DNA of 64,000 nucleotides, from NCBI GenBank assembly GCA_017454745.1, contig JAFTCL010000069.1, forward strand, positions 17,826 through 81,825, read 5' to 3'. Below are positions 1 to 9,960 of this stretch, in pieces (within the stretch, counting starts at the first letter, position 1; each line of letters starts with the position of its first letter). The position numbers were made by a program, and so were the translations under genes. Under the pieces are notes generated by a model that saw only the letters and a program-made list of their open reading frames with translations, did no database searches and was not told the DNA's origin. Origin of the DNA: Kiritimatiellia bacterium (GTDB lineage Bacteria; Verrucomicrobiota; Kiritimatiellia; RFP12; UBA1067).

Positions 1-972
1 GAAGTGCTTCGCAGAATGTGCTACTCGCAAAATAACGGCGGGAAAACCATGGAAGTGTTGCTGGACGGTCTAACTTCAGGCACCACCTACGAGATCCGTT
101 TCTATTCCCGCCAGTACAGTTCGGGCACACGCAACGTGACAATTTCGTTCGATCCGAACGGAAGCGACACCCCGACCGAGTCCCACACCGTAAACATCGA
201 CGATGCGGCCAACCACCCCTGCTACTTCGGCTTCCGGTTCAAAGCCGCCGGAACAACGTACAAGTTCACCCACCTGTCGCCGGATAACGGTAATACCTGG
301 CATATGTACGGCATGAGTCTTGAAGCGGTTGAGGATGCCGGCAACGTCCGTACCTTCAACATCACCACCGACCAGAGCTACGACGGCACCATATCCGGCA
401 TCGGTATCGTGAACAAGACCGGGGCGGGCAAGTTGACCCTCAACGGGCAGGTAAGCGCCACCGGTTTCTGGACGGTCAGCAACGGCGGTCTGGCGTTGGC
501 GAACCCCGACTCCACGCTCTTCAAGCTGAGCGTCAAGGAAGGCGCGACCTTCGGCGGTATGGGCACCATCACCGGCACCGCCGGTTTTGCCTCCGGTTCT
601 ACATTGGAGCTTGGCGTGCCAGGCGTACCCGGCACGCTCACGCTGGCGGCGTCCGACAACGTGTTTGCCAACGGCACCAATCTGCGCGTCAACCACACGG
701 CTAACGAGACCTCGACGCTGACGGTCGGCGACATCGCGCTGCCCGACCAGTTGGCGGTAACCATGGTTCCGGACACTGCGGGAGTAAAGCTCTTTGGGAA
801 TCGTGTGCTGATTCAGAGCGCAAACGGTTTCTACAATCCGCCGGACTTGTCCAACTGGACGGTTGTTGACGAAACCGGCGAAGCCATCAACGGCATGGAA
901 ATCCGTTACTCCGATGACGCCAAGGCCATTTTGATCAGCGGAACCAGCGGCACGCTTATTATTCTGCAGTAG
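1..972 (+). CDS. 3' portion of a large secreted surface protein with autotransporter-associated beta-strand repeats (5' end outside window)
   Basis: Frame 1 is open from the window edge to TAG at 970-972. Gly/Thr/Asn-rich repeats (GAGKLTLNGQVSATGFWTVSNGGLALANP, GATFGGMGTITGTAGFASGSTLELG) resemble the autotransporter-associated beta-strand repeat common in PVC bacteria. A strong terminator follows. Confidence 0.6.
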   Translation, partial: EVLRRMCYSQNNGGKTMEVLLDGLTSGTTYEIRFYSRQYSSGTRNVTISFDPNGSDTPTESHTVNIDDAANHPCYFGFRFKAAGTTYKFTHLSPDNGNTWHMYGMSLEAVEDAGNVRTFNITTDQSYDGTISGIGIVNKTGAGKLTLNGQVSATGFWTVSNGGLALANPDSTLFKLSVKEGATFGGMGTITGTAGFASGSTLELGVPGVPGTLTLAASDNVFANGTNLRVNHTANETSTLTVGDIALPDQLAVTMVPDTAGVKLFGNRVLIQSANGFYNPPDLSNWTVVDETGEAINGMEIRYSDDAKAILISGTSGTLIILQ

Positions 973-986
973 CGTAATTCAACCAA

Positions 987-1019
987 ATCCGGAACATTTT
1001 CTGGTGTTCCGGATTTTTT
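987..1019 (+). terminator. Rho-independent terminator
   Basis: Perfect 10-bp stem ATCCGGAACA / TGTTCCGGAT (987-996 / 1005-1014) with an 8-nt loop, followed directly by a T6 run (1014-1019). Confidence 0.8.
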
Positions 1020-1034
1020 AAAAGGGGTTATTCC

Positions 1035-1961
1035 ATGATTGTGATAGTAGGAAGTACCAACACCGATATGGTGGTGAAATCCCCGCGCATTCCGGCAGCA
1101 GGGGAAACCATTCTAGGCGGACGTTTCCTGATGAATCCGGGTGGCAAAGGCGCCAACCAGGCGGTGGCAGCCGCCAGATTGGGCGGAGAAGTCGCGTTCG
1201 TGGCGAAAGTCGGCGATGATCTGTTCGGGCGGGAAGCGACCGGCCTATTCAAACGCGAAGGTATCCGTACCGAAGGCGTGACGGTTGACAAAACCGAAGC
1301 TTCGGGCGTGGCGCTGATTATGGTCGACAAAAAGGGCGAGAACTGCATCAGCGTCGCCTCCGGCGCGAACATGAAACTGTCGGCAAAGGATTTTGCCGCC
1401 GCGTTAAAAAAGGTTGGAAAGCCTACATTGTTGTTGGCCCAACTGGAAACCCCGATAACCACCATCGCGGCGGTGGCAGAATACGCGGCGAAAAACGGCG
1501 TGCCCTTCATTCTCAACCCGGCGCCCGCCGCCAAACTTCCGTCCAAGGTTTTCAAGGGCATCTCCATCATAACCCCCAACGAAACCGAGACCGAATTGCT
1601 CACCGGAATCAAGGTGGTTGACCTTGAAAGCGCGGCAACCGCCGCTGCGGCATTTGTCAAAAAAGGCGTTAAGCGGGTAGTGATTACCCTCGGCTCAAAA
1701 GGGTCGTATGTTTGGGAAAACGGTTCGGGACAGCTGGTAAAAGCCAAAAAGGTTAAGGCGGTGGACACCACGGCGGCCGGAGACGTATACAACGGCGCGT
1801 TGGCGGTGGCATTGGATGAAGGCAAGTCGCTGGTAGAGGCGGTAACCTTCGCCACGGCGGCGGCCGCAATTTCGGTTACCCGCATGGGTGCCCAAGCGTC
1901 AGCTCCCTATCGCAAGGAGATCTCGGCGAAACGCTGCGCCAGCAGACGCAAAACCAAATAA
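1035..1961 (+). CDS. rbsK: Ribokinase (PfkB family)
   Basis: N-terminal VVGSTNTDMV and GGKGANQAVAAARLG motifs and the C-terminal DTTAAGDVYNGALAVAL anion-hole motif are typical of ribokinase. ATG start, about 308 aa. Confidence 0.9.
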   Translation: MIVIVGSTNTDMVVKSPRIPAAGETILGGRFLMNPGGKGANQAVAAARLGGEVAFVAKVGDDLFGREATGLFKREGIRTEGVTVDKTEASGVALIMVDKKGENCISVASGANMKLSAKDFAAALKKVGKPTLLLAQLETPITTIAAVAEYAAKNGVPFILNPAPAAKLPSKVFKGISIITPNETETELLTGIKVVDLESAATAAAAFVKKGVKRVVITLGSKGSYVWENGSGQLVKAKKVKAVDTTAAGDVYNGALAVALDEGKSLVEAVTFATAAAAISVTRMGAQASAPYRKEISAKRCASRRKTK

Positions 1962-2027
1962 CGGGAAAATCGGACCTCGCCCGGCGAGGTTCACAATAAT
2001 CCATCCATCGATGAAGGAGTCAAGGTT

Positions 2028-3041
2028 ATGTTATTCGTTTCAAACTACGCGTTGGCGGTTTTCTTTTGCGTGATCACCATGCTGTGCTGGGGTTCCTGGG
2101 GCAACACCCAGAAACTGGCCGGCAAGACCTGGCGTTACGAGCTGTTCTACTGGGACTATGTGATCGGCGTGCTGCTGTTCGCCATCATCTCCGGTTTCAC
2201 CGCCGGAAGTATGGGCGGTGCGACGGAATGGGGTTTTGTGGCCAACTTGAAGCAGGCGGATCCGGCAAACATCGGCTGGGCGTTGCTGGGCGGCGTGGTT
2301 TTCAATGCCGCGAACATCCTGCTTGCGGCGGCGATCTCCATCGCCGGCATGAGCGTGGCGTTTCCGGTCGGTATCGGTCTGGCGCTGGTGCTGGGGGTTA
2401 TTTATAACTACGTGATCGCCCCCAAAGGCGATCCGGTGCTACTGTTCGCCGGAGTAGCGATTATCGTGGTGGCGATTCTCTGCAACGCTTTCGCGTATAA
2501 ACTCAAGACCGGCAAAGGAGAGAAAAACTCCAACTTGGCCAAAGGCATCGCGCTGTCGGTGGTGTGCGGAATTTTGATGGCTTTCTTCTACGGATTCGTT
2601 GCCCGCACGATGGACATGGAATTCACCAAAGCCGCCCCGGACGCGGGGAAAATGACCCCGTACAGCGCGTTCTTTGTGTTCGCCGCCGGGGTGTTCTTAA
2701 GCACCTTCGTCTTCAATGCAATCGCCATGCGCAAACCGGTAAGCGGCGAACCGATCACCGAGAGCGAGTATTTCAAGGGCAACTTCCCGATTCATCTGGT
2801 GGGTATTCTCGGCGGTTTGATCTGGGGTCTGGGCAACGGCATCAATCTGGTGGCGGCCGGGAAAGCCGGCCCGGCCATATCTTACGGACTGGGCCAAGGC
2901 GCAACCCTCGTTTCCGCGCTTTGGGGTATTCTGGTCTGGAAAGAATTCGCCAATGCGCCCAAGGCGGCCAATCGGCTAAACTTCGCAATGTTTGTGCTGT
3001 TTTTAATCGGTCTTGGAGCGATTATTAAAGCCGGCATGTGA
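2028..3041 (+). CDS. Sugar permease of the DMT superfamily (GRP/RhaT-like, about 10 TM)
   Basis: Polytopic hydrophobic protein. N-terminal CWGSWGNTQK and C-terminal GLGNGINLVAAGKAGPAISYGLGQGATLVSALWGILVWKEF resemble glucose/ribose porter family permeases. GAAGGAG RBS upstream; sits next to ribokinase. Confidence 0.65.
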   Translation: MLFVSNYALAVFFCVITMLCWGSWGNTQKLAGKTWRYELFYWDYVIGVLLFAIISGFTAGSMGGATEWGFVANLKQADPANIGWALLGGVVFNAANILLAAAISIAGMSVAFPVGIGLALVLGVIYNYVIAPKGDPVLLFAGVAIIVVAILCNAFAYKLKTGKGEKNSNLAKGIALSVVCGILMAFFYGFVARTMDMEFTKAAPDAGKMTPYSAFFVFAAGVFLSTFVFNAIAMRKPVSGEPITESEYFKGNFPIHLVGILGGLIWGLGNGINLVAAGKAGPAISYGLGQGATLVSALWGILVWKEFANAPKAANRLNFAMFVLFLIGLGAIIKAGM

Positions 3042-3113
3042 TTTTCTCATTGATTTATGCCGCAGTTTGTTGTAAATTGCGGTGTTGTTCATCCAATAAG
3101 TTAAGGAGCACTT

Positions 3114-4094
3114 ATGAAGAAATTGTGGTTTGGCGGCGCGGTGGCGCTGTTCGGCATGGTGGCAATGGCGGCAGATTTCGACCCCTACATCGGACGTTGG
3201 GCTTTGACCATCCCCGGTGGCGGCGCGGGTTGGCTGGGAGTTGAACAACAGAACGGGCAACTCAAGAGTTCTCTTCTTTGGGGTGGTGGCAGCGTGATGC
3301 CAATGCCGGAGACCAAAATGGCGGACGGTAAATTGCAGGTGATCCGCAAACACGGGCGTAAGGAAAACGGCCAGAATGTGACATGGATTGAGACCATCAC
3401 CGCCACCTTGGACGGCGACAACATGAAGCTCACCACCCGTACCGTTGACCAGGACGGCAAAGAGCGCGGCAAGGCCGATTTTACCGGCAAGCGGATTCCG
3501 GCGCTCCCCCCTGCCCCGGATCTGACGAAGATCAAGTTCGGCACGCCGATCCAACTCTTCAAGAAAGATAGCATCGAAGGTTGGGAGTTGATGAACAAGA
3601 ACGCGGCCAACGGCTGGTCGATGAAAGACGGCGTTTTGAGCAACCGCGTCAAGGGGCCGGACGGCAAACGCCGCCACTGCACCAACATCAAGACCACCGC
3701 GAACTTTGAGGATTTCAACCTCAAGACCGATGTCAGGATGCTGCCGGGCGGCAACAGCGGCATTTATCTGCGAGGCATTTACGAGATTCAGATGGCCGAC
3801 ACCTACGGCCAGCCCCGCGACTCCCACCACATGGGCGGCCTTTACAGCCGGGTTACCCCGTCGGTAGCGGCGGAGAAACCGGCCGGCGAATGGCAGACCG
3901 TGGACATCACGCTCTGCGACCGCCATGTCACTGTGATTCTCAACGGGCAAAAGATTATCGACAACCAGCCATGCCTCGGTTGCACCGGCGGAGCATTGAC
4001 CTCCGACGAGTTCAAGCCCGGACCGATCTACCTTCAGGGCGACCACACCGATGTCGATTACCGCAACATGGTGCTTACCCCGATTGTCAAGTAG
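3114..4094 (+). CDS. Exported DUF1080 (3-keto-disaccharide hydrolase-like, concanavalin fold) protein
   Basis: Signal peptide MKKLWFGGAVALFGMVAMA. C-terminal half (GWSMKDGVLSN...NSGIYLRGIYEIQMADTYG...GPIYLQGDHTDVDYRNMVLTPI) matches the DUF1080 pattern. AAGGAG RBS. Confidence 0.8.
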   Translation: MKKLWFGGAVALFGMVAMAADFDPYIGRWALTIPGGGAGWLGVEQQNGQLKSSLLWGGGSVMPMPETKMADGKLQVIRKHGRKENGQNVTWIETITATLDGDNMKLTTRTVDQDGKERGKADFTGKRIPALPPAPDLTKIKFGTPIQLFKKDSIEGWELMNKNAANGWSMKDGVLSNRVKGPDGKRRHCTNIKTTANFEDFNLKTDVRMLPGGNSGIYLRGIYEIQMADTYGQPRDSHHMGGLYSRVTPSVAAEKPAGEWQTVDITLCDRHVTVILNGQKIIDNQPCLGCTGGALTSDEFKPGPIYLQGDHTDVDYRNMVLTPIVK

Positions 4095-4107
4095 TCAGGA
4101 TTGCTAA

Positions 4108-5127
4108 ATGGCCAGCAAATTCTTCAGGATGTGCGCGTGTTTCACGGTCGCCGTAATGGCGGCGACCGTGGTTTTGGCGGCGGACACGGAAAAGAAAAAG
4201 AACGAGAAGCCGAAAAAGGTTTCCGTACTGCTCCGTGAAGCCAACAAAATGATCAACGAAGCGCAAGAGGCTTACGTAAACGGCGAAAGCCAGAAAGCCA
4301 TTGAACTTTACCGGAAAACACTCAAGGAAATCGAGCGGGTCGAGATGGAAAATCAAGACCGGGTCGGCACTTCCGAGTTCGCGCCGGTAAAATTCCGCAA
4401 GTCGCTCTGCGAAACCGAGATCGACCGCATCATCCTGGAGGAGGCTAACGCCAACGCACGCACTTTGTCCGTCACCGACACCACCGAGCTGGAAAAGAAA
4501 CGTCTGGAGCGCAAACGCGCCGCCCAGACCAACAATGTGCCGGACAAGGCGGTGTCGCTGGTAGCCAAAAAATCCGACGGTACGATAGTTGAAAAACGTC
4601 AGGAAACGAAGAAGGAACCCGCCGCAAACACTGAAAAGTCGGCAACCGATTCCGAGCCACCCAAAGTTGATATTGCGGCGGCAATCAGTTTTGCCCGCGA
4701 TATGATGGCCGTCGAGCATTTTGATGACGCAAAGGCATCGCTTCTCAAGGTCCTGCGGAATGCCCCCGAACACCGTGAAGGGCGGTTGTTGATGGCGGCG
4801 CTTCAGATACGCACCGGCGACCCGCAGGACGCGGTTGTGGTGCTGGACGATTTGCTTGAAGATTTCCCGAACGACGAGTCGGCATTGCTGATGGCGGCGG
4901 GCGCGAATTTCGCGATTGCCGGTTACACCAAAGCAATGTCGCTGCTCGACCGCGCGATGAAGGTCAACCCCAAGCGGCCGGACGGCTATTTTAACATGGC
5001 CTGGCTACTGCTGGAAATGAATCCGCAAGACCTTGACCAGCCGGAAATGTATTACCGCCAATCGGTAAAACTTGGCGGTTCCCGTGATCAGGAGTTGGAA
5101 AAACGCCTCGGTATCAAAAAGAATTGA
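4108..5127 (+). CDS. Exported TPR-repeat protein with a Lys/Glu-rich linker
   Basis: Signal peptide, a charged low-complexity middle, and a C-terminal TPR-like helical repeat region (DDAKASLLKVLRNAPEH..., YTKAMSLLDRAMKVNPKRPDGYFNMAWLL). Confidence 0.7.
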   Translation: MASKFFRMCACFTVAVMAATVVLAADTEKKKNEKPKKVSVLLREANKMINEAQEAYVNGESQKAIELYRKTLKEIERVEMENQDRVGTSEFAPVKFRKSLCETEIDRIILEEANANARTLSVTDTTELEKKRLERKRAAQTNNVPDKAVSLVAKKSDGTIVEKRQETKKEPAANTEKSATDSEPPKVDIAAAISFARDMMAVEHFDDAKASLLKVLRNAPEHREGRLLMAALQIRTGDPQDAVVVLDDLLEDFPNDESALLMAAGANFAIAGYTKAMSLLDRAMKVNPKRPDGYFNMAWLLLEMNPQDLDQPEMYYRQSVKLGGSRDQELEKRLGIKKN

Positions 5128-5160
5128 CCGAGTTATTTTTTTGTTTGTTGAAACAAACCA

Positions 5161-5196
5161 ACGGCCCGGCAAGTTGCTTGCCGGGCCGTTTTTATT
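5161..5196. terminator. Bidirectional rho-independent terminator between convergent genes
   Basis: Perfect 13-bp stem ACGGCCCGGCAAG / CTTGCCGGGCCGT (5161-5173 / 5177-5189) followed by TTTTATT. T-rich sequence is also present on the other strand. Lies between the TPR gene stop (5127) and the fucosidase stop (5204). Confidence 0.75.
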
Positions 5197-5203
5197 AAAC
5201 CGG

Positions 5204-6397
5204 TTACTTGATTTCGCGTTTTTCAACCGTCGGGAACTCGCCGTTCCGGATGGTGATGGTGTAAAGCACGCTCCCCTTGCAGGTTTTTGCGGTTTGAGTG
5301 CCATCACTGTTTTTAACAAACCCGACCCCGCGGGTGCCGTAAATCGCTTCTCCGTTTTTCTCAAACCACTTTCCAACCAGCGCCATCACCTCCACCGCTT
5401 TGGCGGGGAACTGCCCGGAACCATCGGGCCCGATGTTCATCAACAGATTGCTGTCCTTACCCGCCGCACGGGCAACCATAGACACGACATCCTCGGCAGT
5501 GCGAAAATCTTTCTCGCCGATCCTATAACCCCAGACCCGTTTCTGGATAACATCGCACTGCTCGATCGGACGATCATTGATGACCGGCTGGTTTTTCGAA
5601 TACCCGCCATCGCCGTTATCGCCCGGCAAGTCGCGTTCAAACAGCTGGATATCCTCCTTGTCGCGGATCGGCTGATGGTTGTTGTTCGCTACCAAGGTGT
5701 GCTTGGAATGGATGAAATCATACAGCGTGTCAAAATCCCAGTCCAAAGTACGTTCCCACTTGCCGTCTTTGTTGAAGGCATGTTCCCATTCGCCGTCAAA
5801 CCAGATGTTGCCGGGATGGTAATTGTCAATCAGCTCGCCGATCTGTCCCAACATAAACTTCTTGTAAGAGGCGTAGTCTCCGGGCTGGTTGCCGCGAACC
5901 GAACGGGCGCAGCTTCCGGCGGGATAATCCGTGCGGTGCCAATCCATCAAAGAATAATAAAAATTAAGCTGAAGGCCGGCTTGACGGCAAGCCACTGCCA
6001 GTTCGCCCAGTATGTCGCGTTTGAACGGCGTGTTGGCGATGTTGTAACCGTCGTCAACCTTGGTCGGCCAAAGCGAAAACCCGTCGTGATGGCGCGAGGT
6101 TATGGTAATGTATTTCGCGCCGGCGCCCTTGACGACCCGCACCCATTCGTTCGCGTCAAACTTCGACGGGCAGAACCCGTACATCATCCGCGAATACGCC
6201 GCCTCGTCAAGATGCCCCTGCTGCAAATACCATTCGCCCTGCGCGTAGTTAGCGTAAATCCCCCAGTGGATAAAAACGCCAAAACGCTGATCGGCAAAAC
6301 TTTTTCTAGCCTCAAGATTCCAAGGTTCCGGCCGGTAATCGGCTTTAACCGCAACCGATAGCGCCGTCAAAGCCACAAACGCAACGAGTCTCTTCAT
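5204..6397 (-). CDS. Alpha-L-fucosidase, glycoside hydrolase family 29
   Basis: Signal peptide. FGVFIHWGIYANYAQGEWY, AGAKYITITSRHHDGFSLW and WFDGEWE are characteristic GH29 blocks. Confidence 0.9.
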   Translation of the reverse strand: MKRLVAFVALTALSVAVKADYRPEPWNLEARKSFADQRFGVFIHWGIYANYAQGEWYLQQGHLDEAAYSRMMYGFCPSKFDANEWVRVVKGAGAKYITITSRHHDGFSLWPTKVDDGYNIANTPFKRDILGELAVACRQAGLQLNFYYSLMDWHRTDYPAGSCARSVRGNQPGDYASYKKFMLGQIGELIDNYHPGNIWFDGEWEHAFNKDGKWERTLDWDFDTLYDFIHSKHTLVANNNHQPIRDKEDIQLFERDLPGDNGDGGYSKNQPVINDRPIEQCDVIQKRVWGYRIGEKDFRTAEDVVSMVARAAGKDSNLLMNIGPDGSGQFPAKAVEVMALVGKWFEKNGEAIYGTRGVGFVKNSDGTQTAKTCKGSVLYTITIRNGEFPTVEKREIK

Positions 6398-6463
6398 ATT
6401 CTTGTTCTCCTAACTTGGTGTCACAAAAAACACATCCCCTGCCGCCAGCAAACGCGGGCACGG

Positions 6464-8725
6464 TTAATCCTCAAACTTAGCGCGGACCGTAATTTCGCCC
6501 GTACCGAGCCGACGAACCGCCGCCATCGCACGTCCAAAAAAGAGCGGTTGCACCGGCGACGCGAAGCCGGTACGTTCATGCGGATTACCGTTCCCCGCAC
6601 CGACAATCTCGCCCGGCCCCTCGACCGTAATCCGCACTTTGGACTCATTCCAAGGGTCAAGCCGCCCCTGTTCATCTACTGCTTCAATGCGGACGAAAAA
6701 GATTTCGTCCGCAGGGCGCGAATAGGGGTCGGTTACGCAGCGAACCGAAACCGCCTTTCCTGCGGTTTCCCGCACATCCTCACCGATTTGCCGCCCGTTG
6801 CGGTAGGCAACCACCTTTAGCGCGCCTGGCTCAAAGGGAACATCCCGCCAGGTCAGACGGTAACGGTCGCAGATGCGGTAATAATCGCCCACGCCGTCTT
6901 TCATAAAGTCGACCGGATAGTCGATGTCGGGAAGTTTCGACCGCTTACCGAACGATTTGCCATTCAGGAAAAGCTCCGCCTCGTCACCGGAAGTGTAAAC
7001 CATCACCGTCACTTTATCCGCTCGCCCGTCCCAATTCCAATGCGGAACAAGGTGAATCGTCTCCGCATCCTTTTTCCAATAGGAACGGTAGAGCCAAAAG
7101 CGGTCTTTGGGAAAACCGGTGAGGTCAACGATTCCAAAGGATGAGCTGCGAGCCTTGCCTGTTTTCCCCGTCCATGGCGCGGGTTCGCCAAGGTAGTCAA
7201 TGCCGGTCCAGACAAACTCGCCCGCCATCCAACGGTCTTTCTCCATCCGCCAAAATTCCACATCCGGAATGTCGCTGTAACTGGCGGCGGTATAATCGTA
7301 ACCGCAGGTGCGGTGGTGCTCCCAATCGTAGCCGGTGCGGCCCGTGGCGGGCTGACCATTACCGAAATACCCGTAATCGCTGAACGAGCTGCACGATTCG
7401 GTGTAAACCATCGGGATTTTAGGATACTTGGTCTTCATCGGCATATAACGGCGGGCATAGTTCCAACCGGTCAGGTCGAGATCCTGAAATGCGTCTATGG
7501 TGTCCGCCCGCCAAGCCGCAATGCCTACCTGCCGCGTAGGGTCTTCTCCCAACACCACATCGCGGAATTTTCGGCAGCTGGTCCGGCTCACACCGGTGAA
7601 GTACCGCGCAGTCTGGCCGTCAATCTCGTTGCCGATCGACCACGCCACCACGCAAGGATGATTGCGGTCGCGGCGGACGAACGACCTGAGAATGCCGGAG
7701 ATGTACTCCTCCCAATTATCGGTTCCCGTCCATCCGGCGGAACCGTCCCATTTGTCAAAGCACTCGTCCCAAACCACAAAACCCATTTCATCGCAAAGCT
7801 CGAGCAGTTTCGGGTCCGGGCAGTTGTGCGAAGTGCGGATGGCATTCACACCCATATCCCGCATAATGGCAAGCTGGCGGCGAAGCGCATCCTTGTTGGC
7901 CACCATACCGATCAGCCCCAAGTCTGAATGCAGGCACACGCCTTTTAACTGCAACCGACGGCCGTTAAGATGGAATCCGTCAGCTGTCGTGAAGGACGCG
8001 GTACGAATCCCGTAACGGTAAACTTCACCGCCAATCTCAACCGAATAAAGATACGGATTGTCAACATCCCAAAGATGCGGTTTTTCCACTTTGATATTGC
8101 GGCGCTTCAATTCTCCGTTGTCCATTCGCCACTCCATCGCCACGCTGGCCAACTCGGCAGACACTTCCTGAGTACGGATAACCACCGTCCCCGGCACCAC
8201 ATGTCCTTTCGGCAGGATGCGAAGCCGCACGTCGCGATAGATTCCCCCGCCGCAGTAAAAACGAGTCCATTGGCGATGAGTGTCCGCCTTGACCGCCACT
8301 TCGTTTTCTCCGGCTTTCAGCACCCGTCCAACGCGAATCGAGAAACCAAGATAGCCGTAGCCAGACCCGCCGACGGCGACACCGTTCACCGTGACCTGTG
8401 GACGCGCCATTACGCCGTCGAACTCCAGATACGCCTCGCCGCCCTCCGCCAAAATCTTGGCATCCTCGTCGGAAACCGTGAAATTACGGCGATACTCCCC
8501 GGTGGCCTGCCACGGCAACATTCCAGCGCCGGGATTGAACTTTGGGTCAAAGTCATAACCGATCGCCCAATCGTGCGGCACCCGCACCTCGCGCCAATCG
8601 GCTTCTCCTTCTTTCTTGAACTGCCACGGCCCGTTAAGGTCCATCTTCGCGGCTACCACCCCACCGGACATACCGGCCGCCAAAGCGGAAATCAACCAAA
8701 ACTTGAAACCCGAATCTCGTTTCAT
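6464..8725 (-). CDS. Glycoside hydrolase family 2 (beta-galactosidase/beta-glucuronidase-like)
   Basis: GH2 sugar-binding N-domain (NGPWQFKKE...VRVPHDW). TIM-barrel blocks GVNAIRTSHNCPDPKLLELCDEMGFVVWDE and HPCVVAWSIGNE (acid/base NE). I prefer the ATG at 8725 (GGAGG 4 nt upstream) over the TTG at 8740 used by the ORF track. Confidence 0.85.
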   Translation of the reverse strand: MKRDSGFKFWLISALAAGMSGGVVAAKMDLNGPWQFKKEGEADWREVRVPHDWAIGYDFDPKFNPGAGMLPWQATGEYRRNFTVSDEDAKILAEGGEAYLEFDGVMARPQVTVNGVAVGGSGYGYLGFSIRVGRVLKAGENEVAVKADTHRQWTRFYCGGGIYRDVRLRILPKGHVVPGTVVIRTQEVSAELASVAMEWRMDNGELKRRNIKVEKPHLWDVDNPYLYSVEIGGEVYRYGIRTASFTTADGFHLNGRRLQLKGVCLHSDLGLIGMVANKDALRRQLAIMRDMGVNAIRTSHNCPDPKLLELCDEMGFVVWDECFDKWDGSAGWTGTDNWEEYISGILRSFVRRDRNHPCVVAWSIGNEIDGQTARYFTGVSRTSCRKFRDVVLGEDPTRQVGIAAWRADTIDAFQDLDLTGWNYARRYMPMKTKYPKIPMVYTESCSSFSDYGYFGNGQPATGRTGYDWEHHRTCGYDYTAASYSDIPDVEFWRMEKDRWMAGEFVWTGIDYLGEPAPWTGKTGKARSSSFGIVDLTGFPKDRFWLYRSYWKKDAETIHLVPHWNWDGRADKVTVMVYTSGDEAELFLNGKSFGKRSKLPDIDYPVDFMKDGVGDYYRICDRYRLTWRDVPFEPGALKVVAYRNGRQIGEDVRETAGKAVSVRCVTDPYSRPADEIFFVRIEAVDEQGRLDPWNESKVRITVEGPGEIVGAGNGNPHERTGFASPVQPLFFGRAMAAVRRLGTGEITVRAKFED

Positions 8726-8770
8726 AGCACCTCCAAACAACCCGAATCAAAATCGATTTAATCGCAATCC

Positions 8771-9805
8771 TCAATCGACAAACCGCACCTTAACGCAAGA
8801 AAGCCGATAATTGCCGTCCTGCGTAGCTTTGCCTTGGAAGAAAAGGTAAACCTGTTCGTCATCATCGACAAAAATCCCCGGATGTCCGCTTTCCGCCGCG
8901 TTCCAACTACCTTCGGGACCGTGCGGAAACACGGGATGGTCAGAATATCTGGTAAAGGCCACGCCGTCGCTTGACCACGCCACGCCGATCTGCTGTTTCT
9001 CGTGGTTGTACGCCCCGGCATAAAAAAGATACCAAATCCCTTTGCGGAAATATACGGTCGGGGCTTCAATGCAATGCATCTCCCAAGTGCGTTCCGGCTT
9101 GAAGAACGGCTTGTCCAACGTCATTTCCGTCCATGTGCCGGCGTCATAAGACGACCCCCAGGGTGCCCACGCCATGCCCAACTGCTGGACTTCTTTGGTC
9201 GGGTGTTCCCGCGTGGCGTACATCAGCATCAAGCGATCGCCGACACGGTAAACCTCGGCATCAATCGCCCGCTCGATCGACCAGCGGTTGTGAGGCACAA
9301 AAGCCGGTTCGGGGTTGGCGCAGCGAAACGTCAGGCCGTCATCGCTGGTGGCATGCCAAATCACGTTGTTGCCTTTGAAAATTTGCTGGTGGAAGATGTG
9401 GATTTTACCGCCGAACTTTTTCACGCATGGCGCCGCCCCGGCGTAAACCGCAGGCAAGCCCTCTATCTTAATGTCGCCAATACGCGTCCAATCCGTAAGG
9501 TTGGTGCTGACGGCCAGGCCGGTTCCCCACCTCCCCCGAATCCAGTCCTTCGGCCTTTTATCATCGGGGAAATCGCAGACGGAATAGTACATGAGATAAC
9601 GCCCGCCATGCCGGATTACCGTCATGTCCTTGGCAAAAGGCTGCCCTTTGCGCAAATGTACCGGATCACCGTATAACATCTGCCGCGGCATATCTTCGAA
9701 TTCAATACGGGCGCAAGGCCGCTCCGTTTTGCCGTTCGCCGACACGGCAAGCCCAAATAACGCTACCGCCATCGACAATACTTTTGTGGTTGCCATCGCT
9801 TTCAT
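8771..9805 (-). CDS. Exported five-bladed beta-propeller glycoside hydrolase (GH43-like; family not resolved)
   Basis: Signal peptide. Blocks YLMYYS, GLAVSTNLTDWTRIG, LMLMYATRE, EAPTVYFRKGIWYLFYAG and IGVAWSSDGVAFTR look like GH43/GH32-clan propeller blades. AAGGAG RBS. Confidence 0.55.
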   Translation of the reverse strand: MKAMATTKVLSMAVALFGLAVSANGKTERPCARIEFEDMPRQMLYGDPVHLRKGQPFAKDMTVIRHGGRYLMYYSVCDFPDDKRPKDWIRGRWGTGLAVSTNLTDWTRIGDIKIEGLPAVYAGAAPCVKKFGGKIHIFHQQIFKGNNVIWHATSDDGLTFRCANPEPAFVPHNRWSIERAIDAEVYRVGDRLMLMYATREHPTKEVQQLGMAWAPWGSSYDAGTWTEMTLDKPFFKPERTWEMHCIEAPTVYFRKGIWYLFYAGAYNHEKQQIGVAWSSDGVAFTRYSDHPVFPHGPEGSWNAAESGHPGIFVDDDEQVYLFFQGKATQDGNYRLSCVKVRFVD

Positions 9806-9923
9806 CGTCCCGACTCCTTAAAAAAAACCGCTAAAATCTGTTCCGCCACTACAGCTTCACTTCACGAGGATTACTGGAATTATACCCCATAGTCCTTTTT
9901 GCCGCAAGCGTAAAATTCCTGCA

Positions 9924-9953
9924 TTGACTAACCGCAAACAGTTGGACTATAAT
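9924..9953 (+). promoter_or_regulatory. Sigma70-like promoter (TTGACT-N18-TATAAT), possibly giving a leaderless transcript
   Basis: TTGACT at 9924-9929 and TATAAT at 9948-9953. The -10 element ends 7 nt before the ATG at 9961, and there is no Shine-Dalgarno sequence in between. Confidence 0.45.
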
Positions 9954-9960
9954 ACATGGC

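Noticed and set aside
5072-6361. 429-aa plus-strand ORF
   Set aside because: It is an antisense shadow of the GH29 fucosidase gene in GC-rich DNA. The translation is Arg/Pro/Gly-rich and has no recognisable motifs.
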